From NCBI GenBank assembly GCA_963801165.1, contig CAWDDT010000013.1, positions 224,001 to 288,000 of the forward strand: DNA of 64,000 nucleotides. The letters run 5' to 3'. Below, piece by piece: positions 48,739 to 57,299 of the stretch; position 1 is the first letter of the stretch; the number at the start of each line of letters is the position of its first letter. Source of the stretch: an uncultured bacterium. Lineage in GTDB: Bacteria; Actinomycetota; Acidimicrobiia; Spongiisociales; UBA5794. Position numbers and translations under genes: made by a program. The notes beneath the pieces were generated by a model that was not told where the DNA came from, searched no databases, and was given only the letters and a program-made list of their open reading frames with translations.

Positions 48739-48998
48739 CGGCCTCTCTCAGACTCACCCAGATGCTCGCCGAGACGGCGAACACACAGGTCACCCGCCGT
48801 GTCGCCGGATCCAGCGTGGCCGAGGTTCTGGGAGACCTGTTTGCCGGCGATCCGGGACTGCGAGGACACATCCTCGACGAGACGGGCGCAATCCGACCGC
48901 ACGTCGCCGTGTTTGTCAACGGCACCCAGGCCCGCCTCGACACGCCGGTTCCCGAGAACGCCGACGTCTACGTACTCCACGCAGTGAGCGGAGGCTGA
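48735..48998 (+). CDS. MoaD/ThiS ubiquitin-like protein, copy 2
   Basis: C-terminal AVSGG. Confidence 0.92.
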   Translation: MTASLRLTQMLAETANTQVTRRVAGSSVAEVLGDLFAGDPGLRGHILDETGAIRPHVAVFVNGTQARLDTPVPENADVYVLHAVSGG

Positions 48999-49143
48999 GC
49001 AGGCGGTGCGCTTTTCCCACCTGACCTTGGGTCAGGTTCGAGATGCCCCGCAAATCGGGCCAGAGTGACGATGGCTTCAGCGAAGCGGTCAGTCGTGCGC
49101 GCACACGGCCCTCTCCGCCTTCCGTGCCGGCTGCGCCGCCACG

Positions 49144-49460
49144 CCGGCACCTCTCCCAGAGGGAGAGGGAATTCATCCTCCCTTCCGGAGGATCGACCGG
49201 CCAAAGGCAAGTCAGCTCTTGTTTGAGCAACGAGGCAGACCCAACTCCTCACCTCCCCCTCCGGCGAAGTGGCCGAGCCCATCGAAGGCAGACCGAACTC
49301 CTTCCTTCCCCTTCCGGGCGAAGTGGCCGAGCCCAGCGAGGTCGACCCAACTCCTTGCTTCCCCCTCGGGGGAAGTGGCCGAGCACAGCGAGGTCGACCC
49401 AACTCCTTGCTTCCCCCTCTGGGGGAAGTGGCCGAGCGTAGCGAGGTCGATGGGGGCGGT
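49144..49460. repeat. REP-like cluster, copy 2
   Basis: Same units as 45630-45960, with different unit variants. Confidence 0.85.
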
Positions 49461-49634
49461 CTGAGATGAGCGCCTATTGCTGTGGCCTTCGCCTCCGGTG
49501 GTCGCGCTCAATCCCCAACGCGCAGTGCAGGAAGGGCCAGGGCGCTCCGACCCTCCACGCGCCAAACCCGACAGAAGGCGCCTTCCATCAACCAGCGGTG
49601 TCGCCTGCTGTTCGATTGACGCTATGTTCAACCG

Positions 49635-50579
49635 ATGATCTCGGGCTACAACGACCGACGAATCGGTGCGCTGCTTGGTTTGGCAATCGGCGACGCGCTG
49701 GGGGCCGCGGTCGAGTTCCGGCCGCCGGGGACCTTCCCTCCGGTCACCGGATACCGCGACGGCGGACCGCATGGGCTGAACGCCGGCGAGTGGACCGACG
49801 ACACCTCCATGGCGCTGGCGCTGGCCGACTCGTTGGCCACCGTAGGCTGGGACCTGAACGATCAGGCCGACCGATACCTTTCGTGGTACCGCACCGGCAA
49901 GTACTCGGTGAACGGCCGCTGCTTCGACATCGGCAACGCCACCCGGCAGGCGCTCGAGACGTACGCCAGGACCGGGGATGCATCCACGTCTGGACCTGAT
50001 GGCGAGCACAGCGCCGGGAACGGCTCGATCATGCGCCTGGCACCCGTACCGATCTTCTACGCGGACCTGTATCCAGATCGGACGGACGAGCTGATCCGGT
50101 ATGGGCGGGATTCGAGCCTGCCCACCCATCGTGCCCCGCAGGCGACGTCGGCGGCTGCATACATGACACTGCTACTGGCGGCGTTGATGGCCGGCGAGGA
50201 TCGCGCTGCCGTGCTGGATCCGGACTGGCCGATGCTGGATGCTCTGCGGTCGACAGTCGACACCCATCCCGCCATCGACGAGGTGAGCAACGGCAGCTTC
50301 CGCAGCGACCCGCCCGACATCAAGGGCTCCGGCTACGTGGTGCGAAGTCTGGAGGCGGCGCTGTGGGCATTTTCCCGATCGGACGGCTTTACGGAAGCGG
50401 TCTCGAGCGCCGTCAACCTCGGCGACGACGCCGACACGACGGGTGCTGTCTGCGGCCAACTCGCAGGTGCCTACTGGGGGCTCAGCGGCATTCCCGACAC
50501 CCTCCGTCATGGCCTTGCCCGGAGCGAGGTCGTAGAGGATGCCGCAAGGCGACTTCTCCGAGGCGAGGAGCCCGCATGA
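49635..50579 (+). CDS. ADP-ribosylglycohydrolase (DraG/ARH family)
   Basis: GDALG, WTDDT, DIG, GNGSIMR, PTH, LGDDADT. Confidence 0.95.
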   Translation: MISGYNDRRIGALLGLAIGDALGAAVEFRPPGTFPPVTGYRDGGPHGLNAGEWTDDTSMALALADSLATVGWDLNDQADRYLSWYRTGKYSVNGRCFDIGNATRQALETYARTGDASTSGPDGEHSAGNGSIMRLAPVPIFYADLYPDRTDELIRYGRDSSLPTHRAPQATSAAAYMTLLLAALMAGEDRAAVLDPDWPMLDALRSTVDTHPAIDEVSNGSFRSDPPDIKGSGYVVRSLEAALWAFSRSDGFTEAVSSAVNLGDDADTTGAVCGQLAGAYWGLSGIPDTLRHGLARSEVVEDAARRLLRGEEPA

Positions 50580-51112
50580 AGCTTGCCGACGGTGATCATC
50601 CGCCGAAGAAAGGGACCTACTGGGTCGTTCCCGGGAAGCTCCTCGCCGGACCATTTCCCGGCTCGGCCGATCCCGACGGGGTGTCCGAGGCGGTTGGCCC
50701 CCTGCTCGACGTCGGGATCACAACGTTCCTGAATCTGATGGAGCCAACCGAGACCAATCACAGCGGCGATCCGTTCACCCCGTACGAAGCGGCACTTGGC
50801 CCGCGGGCGGCGATGCTTCGGCGCCCGATCACGGACCTGTCGATCCCGAGCCGGGAGGACATGATCGCCATCCTGGATGACATCGATGCCGCTGTCGCAA
50901 ATGGAGCCGTCTACGTGCACTGCTGGGGCGGTGTGGGCCGCACCGGCACTGTTGTCGGTTGCTGGCTGTTGCGACACGGATATGCGGTGCCGTCGGACGT
51001 CATCGACACGATCCAGTCGCTGCGGCAGGTCGATCCGGTGCGCGGCCATCGCCTCTCCCCCGAAACGGACGCCCAGAGACGCTTCGTGGTCGGGTGGAGC
51101 GAGACGAAGTGA
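50576..51112 (+). CDS. Protein-tyrosine/dual-specificity (CX5R) phosphatase
   Basis: PITD, VYVHCWGGVGRTG, PET.AQ; ATGA overlap with the ARH gene. Confidence 0.92.
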   Translation: MKLADGDHPPKKGTYWVVPGKLLAGPFPGSADPDGVSEAVGPLLDVGITTFLNLMEPTETNHSGDPFTPYEAALGPRAAMLRRPITDLSIPSREDMIAILDDIDAAVANGAVYVHCWGGVGRTGTVVGCWLLRHGYAVPSDVIDTIQSLRQVDPVRGHRLSPETDAQRRFVVGWSETK

Positions 51113-51120
51113 CGTGACGC

Positions 51121-53466
51121 TCAATCACCCAGCGCCCGGTGCAGGAACGCCGCCATCTGTGCCCTGGTTACGGGATCGTTGGGACAGAACATGTCGTTCG
51201 TTGGCGGGTTGCAACCCTTGGTGACCCCGGCCGCAGCCAGCTTGGCGATATCACCTTCGAACACCGACCCGTCGTCGTCGACAAACGAGTTGCCGCCACC
51301 GTCGTCGGTGTAGCCAAGGGCCCGCACCAGGAACGCCGCCATCTGCCCCCGGGTAACCACGTCGCCCGGGCAGAACATGTCGTTGGCCGGCGGGTTGCAG
51401 CCCTTGCTGATCCCGGTGTTGCCCAGCCACTGGATGTCGTCGACGAACACGGACCCGGCGATGTCGGTGAAGGTGACGGGCGGGCCCTGCATGATCACCG
51501 TCGCCAACGCCCGGTGCAGAAACGCCGCCATCTGGCCTCTGGTCACCGAATCGTTGGGGCAGAACAGGTTGTTGTCCGGCGGGTTGCATCCCTTGGTGAT
51601 GCCCTGATCCGCCAGCCACTCGACGTCGGTGAAGAAGGTGTGCGTGCCCGGCACGTCGTCGAAGGTGGGTGTCGTCGGTGTCTCGAACACGTCGGTGACG
51701 TCGATAGTGACCGTCGCCGTGTCGCTGTCCGGGCCGTTGCTCACCTCAACCGTCAGGGTGTAGGCAGGGGTCGTCTCGAAGTCGAGGGCGGTTGCGGTGG
51801 TGATGGCTCCGGTCGCCGCAGCAATGACAAAGGCGTTGCCGGTGTTCCCGGCGGTGATGGAATACACGAGCGTCCCGGCCCCACTAGCGGTCACCGTACC
51901 AACCGCGGTGCCGACCGGTGCGTCCTCGGCAAGAGTGAAGTCGGCGTCACCGGCGACGACCTCAGGCCCGCAGCCGCCCGGATCGGCAGTGAGCCAAGGG
52001 TCGAAGTCGACGTTGGCGCTGACACTGTCACCCGCACCGGCCCCGGCACCCGAGGGACCGGTCGAGCTCCCCCACCAGTTGTTCTCGAAGGCGATGTCGC
52101 CGGTGCCGGTGAAATTGTGGACGCCGTCGCTGTTGCCGATTATGCAGTTGTCGGTGGAGCTGACGAGAGTCACTTCGGCGGTGATGGCAAGACCGGTCAT
52201 GATGGAATTGGCGATCAGGTTGTTGCTGATCACGTTCGGGTGGACGTCGGACAACCTGATCGCATCGCCGTTGGCCCGGGTGTGGCCGTCGGGGTCGATC
52301 CCGAAGACGTTGTGTTCGAGGTGGAACCCGGCAGCACCCGTGGGGCCGGCGGCATAGACACCGTAGGTCGCCGCCCCGACGTAGTTGTCCCGTATCTCGT
52401 TGCCGGTCGAGGTGGCGGTGAGAGAAAGGTCGATGCCGATCGTCATCGGAGCTGCGGTTCCGGCCGGGCTGGTGCCGAACACGTTGCCGACAACATGGTT
52501 GTTGAGCACCGCCCCGCTGCCGCCGTTGAGAAGGACCCCTCGATCACCGCCGAAGTAGTTGCGCTCGAGATCGTCCGAGACGCCGTCGAGGTTGCTCCCG
52601 ATGAGGTTGCTCCTGGCGGATTGGGCCACATCCACGCCGCGCCCGCCGCCGAGCTGGGTGGTGCCGTCTGCGGTGAACCCGAAGTAGTTGCCGGCGACCT
52701 GGTGGCCGATGGCGCCGGCAGTGGTGATGTCGACGGCGGCGATCGTTCCGGGGGCGCCAAAGACGTTGCGCTCCGCCAGGTCGTCGACACCGTCGCCGTC
52801 CGTGCCGACGACCACCTGCGAAGCGTTCCCGTCGAGGGCGATGGAGGCGGTGAAGTCGCCGGTGCCGAGGATGTCGACACCCGGTCCGTCGAGACCGAAG
52901 TGGTTGCAGAAGATATGGTGACCCGACCCCTCGTATACGTCGATGCCCGGGGTGGAGCCGGCGTTGGTGCCGAAGGCGAAGCCGCTGATCGTGGTGACGC
53001 CGTCGGTGTTACCCACGTTGAAGATGGTGGCACTGCCGGCCGGTTCGGCGCTGACGACCTCGATCCGCATGTAGGACGGGTCGGTGGCGGTGGCGCACAC
53101 GTTGGCTTGCGGTGCGTCGTTCTGCGGCTGGGTGGTGGCGTCGAGGTTCACCGCATCGGTGATCGTGATCGGGTTGCCGGTGAGGTTGATCCGGCACACC
53201 CCGTTGAGACACGCCGAGGCGGGGATGTTGAACTCTATGGTGTCGGTCCCGGCATTGGCGTTGGCGGCGGCGACGGCACCCCGCAGGCTGCAATCGAATG
53301 CGGCGTCGGTACAGGCACTGAGAGCCCCGCTGTCGGAGACGGTATCCACCACATACGACGTGGCCGCTGCCGCAGGAGCGGCTGTGGCAATGGTGACGAG
53401 CGGCGTCGCGGCAAGGATCGCGGCTGCGAGCCAGGCTGCGAAACGACTGCGAGAGGTTGATGACAT
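51121..53466 (-). CDS. Surface protein paralog 3: CSLREA, cadherin, 3 SLH
   Basis: Same architecture as paralogs 1 and 2. Confidence 0.9.
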   Translation of the reverse strand: MSSTSRSRFAAWLAAAILAATPLVTIATAAPAAAATSYVVDTVSDSGALSACTDAAFDCSLRGAVAAANANAGTDTIEFNIPASACLNGVCRINLTGNPITITDAVNLDATTQPQNDAPQANVCATATDPSYMRIEVVSAEPAGSATIFNVGNTDGVTTISGFAFGTNAGSTPGIDVYEGSGHHIFCNHFGLDGPGVDILGTGDFTASIALDGNASQVVVGTDGDGVDDLAERNVFGAPGTIAAVDITTAGAIGHQVAGNYFGFTADGTTQLGGGRGVDVAQSARSNLIGSNLDGVSDDLERNYFGGDRGVLLNGGSGAVLNNHVVGNVFGTSPAGTAAPMTIGIDLSLTATSTGNEIRDNYVGAATYGVYAAGPTGAAGFHLEHNVFGIDPDGHTRANGDAIRLSDVHPNVISNNLIANSIMTGLAITAEVTLVSSTDNCIIGNSDGVHNFTGTGDIAFENNWWGSSTGPSGAGAGAGDSVSANVDFDPWLTADPGGCGPEVVAGDADFTLAEDAPVGTAVGTVTASGAGTLVYSITAGNTGNAFVIAAATGAITTATALDFETTPAYTLTVEVSNGPDSDTATVTIDVTDVFETPTTPTFDDVPGTHTFFTDVEWLADQGITKGCNPPDNNLFCPNDSVTRGQMAAFLHRALATVIMQGPPVTFTDIAGSVFVDDIQWLGNTGISKGCNPPANDMFCPGDVVTRGQMAAFLVRALGYTDDGGGNSFVDDDGSVFEGDIAKLAAAGVTKGCNPPTNDMFCPNDPVTRAQMAAFLHRALGD

Positions 53467-53635
53467 GGCCCCACCCTTGAGTCTTCGATATGACCCCTGA
53501 GAAACTACTCGCCTCTTCGGCGAATTGGCCGGGCTCTTTTGGTCCCCCTTTTCAGCATCTACCGGCAGCAAGTCCGCACTGTGACCCGAGATCTTCGAGG
53601 GAATCGGCCGGAACTACCAGGCGGCGAGACCGCCG

Positions 53636-54055
53636 TCAGAACTCGTGCCCCCAGGGCCCGACCCCGTAGATCCGCTCCACGGTGACCCGGATGACGAATC
53701 CGGGTGGGACGTCGCGCATCGGGAATTGCTGGCCGGGGCCGATGTAGTACTGGGCGAGGTGGTCCATCCATTCCAGGGCGCCGCCTTCGGTTACCCGGCC
53801 GCGGCCGGAGATCACCGCATACGGATGCAGTGTCTCCCCCGTGTTCTCATTGGCCTGGAACGAGATCACAACCCTCGGGTCGCGCCTGATGCTCTCCAGC
53901 TTGTGCTGGTCGGGGAAGGTGGCGAAGACGAGGTCGTCGCCGTCGAAGCCTGCCCACAGCAGCGTGACGTGCGGGGTGCCGTCCGCATCGAGGGTGACCA
54001 AATGACCGAGCGGCCCGGTGGCCAGCAGATCTCGAACCGACTGTGGAATCTCCAT
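53636..54055 (-). CDS. PPOX-class F420-dependent oxidoreductase
   Basis: LVTLDADGTPH, K..SIRRDPRV, GRG, LAQYY. Confidence 0.88.
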   Translation of the reverse strand: MEIPQSVRDLLATGPLGHLVTLDADGTPHVTLLWAGFDGDDLVFATFPDQHKLESIRRDPRVVISFQANENTGETLHPYAVISGRGRVTEGGALEWMDHLAQYYIGPGQQFPMRDVPPGFVIRVTVERIYGVGPWGHEF

Positions 54056-54108
54056 AGGAATGAGGCTACTGCAGCCCGGCTACCGGCTCCGACGTCGAGG
54101 GGTGGTCC

Positions 54109-54816
54109 TCAGTTCGTCGGCCCGGACCCCTGAGCCGGGTCGGCGCCGTCGTCTACGAACCGGTCCCGGTACGGGTGCTTGTCCGCCTCGGCCAGCAACC
54201 CGTCGGCGAGGCTGTTGGCGGCGTTCATCTCGCCGGCGCGGTCGACGATGAACAGCGCCATGGTGTGCCTGTCTGCCAGCTCGACAGCGGGCTTGGTGTA
54301 TCCGCCGAGCGCAAAGACGATCGCCCCTTTCCCGAGCGACTTGGCGACGGTGTGCAGCGCTTCGATCGCCGGTGGCCCGACCGGGGCCGGATCTGTGATC
54401 ACCTGCGCCACCGCCGCCGCAGCGACGATCCCGCCGGCGGAGCCGGTCGACACGGCGTCACCGAAGCCGAGGTACCGCATCCAGTCCCGGGCGGCCGGCT
54501 CCGGCCCACCCGCCGCATCGAAACGCGAGGCTCGGGGACGGGGGCTCTGCGCCGCCCGCCGTTGCGGCGCCATCTCCTTCGCCTGCTCGAGTTTCGCCCG
54601 GCCCCGCGCCACCAGGTACCAGATGAACGCAATGAAGGTGCCGACCCCGGTGAGCGAGCCGTACCAGTTGGCCGTGCTCGCCGAGAGCCCGAGGCTGCGA
54701 AGGAAGAACGACGTGAGCGGCGCAATGAAGACCGGACACACCGTCAACGCAGTGCCGATTGCCCGCCACGGCCGATATATCGAGTGGCGTATCTCACGAA
54801 TGGTCTGCTCTATCAC
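54109..54816 (-). CDS. Membrane protein with a degenerate Mrr-like restriction-endonuclease domain
   Basis: Two TM helices; E.AA..WM..LGF, AVAQV, VG.PAI..L, GYT..A...A. Confidence 0.65.
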   Translation of the reverse strand: MIEQTIREIRHSIYRPWRAIGTALTVCPVFIAPLTSFFLRSLGLSASTANWYGSLTGVGTFIAFIWYLVARGRAKLEQAKEMAPQRRAAQSPRPRASRFDAAGGPEPAARDWMRYLGFGDAVSTGSAGGIVAAAAVAQVITDPAPVGPPAIEALHTVAKSLGKGAIVFALGGYTKPAVELADRHTMALFIVDRAGEMNAANSLADGLLAEADKHPYRDRFVDDGADPAQGSGPTN

Positions 54817-54987
54817 CCCTACGCCATCGGCACCGCGGCCGGGTGCCTGAACCGAGTGAGCCGACCAGGGGCGCAACGGCGGGTCACTGGTTGTCGTAGC
54901 TCATCCGGGGCGAGATCCGGGCGACGAACTGCCACACTGCGCTGTCGTCGTTCCGGTTGGCCGGCTGGACTTCGACAGAACGGCGTC

Positions 54988-55560
54988 TTAGCCGAGCATC
55001 GATAGCTGCTCCGGTGGCACTTCGCCCTCATCGTTGAGAAGCTCGCGGATTTCCCCGACGTCGACAATCGGAGTTGCTCCACGCCGCTCCAGGGTCGGGT
55101 TGCCCGGGCCTTCGCCTGGACCACGCCAGACAGCAACCCGACCGTATCCGCGCCTACCCAACGATGGCTACCCCACCCCGCTTCAACAGCGATGCGTCCC
55201 CGACTGTGAACAGGAGCGGCGGGGCGGCGGTTCCGAGCAGCCGACTGAGACGCTCGGGGTACAGCTCGCTGCCGATTGAGATGGCGGTGATGCCTTTGCA
55301 TGTCCTCGTATTCGAAGGCAACCGCACCCGCGCCTTCGATCGAGCGTATGCACTCTCGCGGCCAGGTCAGGATCGAGGCTCTGGCACATCAGCCGGGCTC
55401 AGTTGCCGGCCAAACACCTCCTCGGGTGTCATTCCCGCGTCAGCGAGCTGCGCGACGAGCTTGTGCCACGCACCGGGGTAAGCGACGGCCTCCGGCGGTC
55501 ACCAGGACGGCTGGCCAACACCAGCACCGTCATCGTGTCACTGCCGTCATTGTCTCTCAT
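54988..55560 (-). pseudogene. dprA: DprA/Smf remnant (frameshifts, stop, internal deletion); not in ORF track
   Basis: Manual translation: GITAISIGSELYPERLSRLLGTAAPPLLFTVGDASLLKRGGVAIVG* then VAVWRGPGEGPGNPTLERRGATPI; ATG overlaps the PIN stop. Confidence 0.75.
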
Positions 55561-56114
55561 ATGCCGGGATACTGCCTCATCGCGGCCGCCGATCTCGGGA
55601 GACCGACGGCTTGCAGGCGATCCAAGAGCTCGCCGGGCGTCGTATTCGGGCGGGAAAGGGCGCGAGCCTGATCTCTCACCGCACCGACTACCTGCGCCGG
55701 GGCCAGCCCGAACACGTGCAGGACGAAGTCATCCGGATTCTGGGCTTCGACACCATACGGTTTGAGACGGTCGTCCGGGAAGTCCTTGAGGTTCTTGGTG
55801 ACGATCACCTCGGCGTCGGCGTGGATTGCCACCGCCAAGACATGCCGGTCGTCGGGATCAGGCAGTTCCAGGTCGTCGATCAGGTGCTCATACCCGGTAA
55901 CCAGAGCATCCGGTATCGCCGCGTTCATCAGAGTCCTGGTCCGTTCCAGACGCCCGGAGAGTTCGGGCTGGGTGGCCACAATGGCGTCGAATACCTCGTC
56001 GAGGATCTCATCGGTCCACTTGGCCTGGAATAGTGCGGTTTGGCCGACCCGGATCAGCAGGTCGCGTAGCGATCCGGGGTAGAGGACATTGGCGTCGTAG
56101 ATCGCAACCAACAC
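55557..56114 (-). CDS. PIN-domain protein (PIN_3 type)
   Basis: DANVLYP..LRDLL, WT..IL.E, PDPDDRHVLA.A, IVTKNLKDFP. Confidence 0.92.
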   Translation of the reverse strand: MLVAIYDANVLYPGSLRDLLIRVGQTALFQAKWTDEILDEVFDAIVATQPELSGRLERTRTLMNAAIPDALVTGYEHLIDDLELPDPDDRHVLAVAIHADAEVIVTKNLKDFPDDRLKPYGVEAQNPDDFVLHVFGLAPAQVVGAVRDQARALSRPNTTPGELLDRLQAVGLPRSAAAMRQYPGI

Positions 56115-56129
56115 GATGGGCCACGCGTC

Positions 56130-56590
56130 TCAGTATTCGAGCCCGATGCGCTCCGCCTCCCGGGTCAACTTGTCGGCGATCTCCCGCCGTCCGGCCTCCT
56201 CGCGCCGTCGGTACTCGAGAAGGTGAGAGAGCCGGATCTTGCGCCGGTTTCCCACCTTCCGGTACGGGATGCGTTCGTCGTCGAGCAGCTTGATGAGGTA
56301 GGGCCGGCTGACATTCAGCAGGTCGGCGGCTTGCTGGCTGGTGAGCTCGGCGTGGACCGGGACAACCGCAACCGCATCGCCGTTTGCCAACTCGTCGAGC
56401 ACGGCGACCAACGGTCGGAGAGCCACTGCCGGCAATGTGACGCCGGTCAGCCCTTCCCCTTCCAGATGAACCTGTGGAGCCGTGGTCGGATACCCATCGA
56501 GGAAGACCTTCAGTTGCTTGGCCGCGCCGGCAGCCTGCTCGATTGCCGCTTCGTCGGGAAGCTCGATGTCACCTATCGGCGCCCGACCAT
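56130..56590 (-). CDS. Excisionase-like HTH DNA-binding protein (putative antitoxin); frameshift near the start
   Basis: ELTSQQAADLLNVSRPYLIKLLD, KVGNRRKI; frame stays open upstream of 56435; AGGAG + ATG at 56590 is one base out of frame at a G run. Confidence 0.85.
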
Positions 56591-56829
56591 GGTCGCTCCT
56601 GTCGCCGCTTCGATGGGTACCTCAACAATCATGTCACAATCCTCTCATATTCGCAATATTCGAATTAAATGATTTGACCGCAACACCTATGGGGCAGCAG
56701 CCGCTTGCCGGAGAACACCTCTTTGGCAGCCGCTCAGGTAACGATGCACCGTCGACTCACTGTTCGTCGATCGTATCGGCCGGGACCGACAGAAATGAGT
56801 CGCTCAGCACGGCGTACCGCCTACCGTCG

Positions 56830-57299
56830 CTAGAACACCCAGCCTTCGTCACGCACCAGCCGATTCATCGCGAGCACAGGAATTCCCAGCTCAACGCAGA
56901 CGTCAGGGATCTTGGGTCGCTTCCGGGCTTTGCTCCCGGTTGGCTTTTCGTCAGTGCCACCGTTGCCTTCCGCTTCATGGCGAGAGCGACGACCCATCCG
57001 TCGGCCCGTCCCCTCCCTGGCTTGGTCAGCTCACCAAATTGCGCCGCCACCTGTCGTGCCTCGGCCTGAATTTCGTCAATCGACACGTGAGTGGATGGAT
57101 GACGGTTGCACCAGGCGCGAGCCGACGAGCCTTGTCGTGTCAGCTCGGCGACGACCTCGTCCGAGATCAAAACCCTGTCCTCTGCGACCAGCGCGTCCAT
57201 CCTCTCCCAGAACGATGGGAAATGCTCGACCGGCAACCACTCATCGGCGCCGGCGATCAGCGACGAGGAGTCGAACGAATAGCGGACCCTTCTGCTCAT
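56830..57299 (-). CDS. DUF4411-family PIN-like protein; frameshift near 56955
   Basis: FDSSSLI, FPSFW, V..EL, ADGWVVALA; shifted frame gives TDEK...KIPDVC..LG....GWVF*. Confidence 0.85.

Larger units (their letters stand above)
44101..51118. repeat. Tandem direct duplication, two ~3.5-kb units (44101-47614 and 47615-51118)
   Basis: Both units start gtgccaccggtcccctgaacc and end gaagtgacgtgac; first-gene offset 3514 bp. Confidence 0.95.

Noticed and set aside
56130-56590. Prophage or ICE excisionase
   Set aside because: No integrase, att site or phage genes; the HTH is paired with a PIN gene as in TA-like modules.
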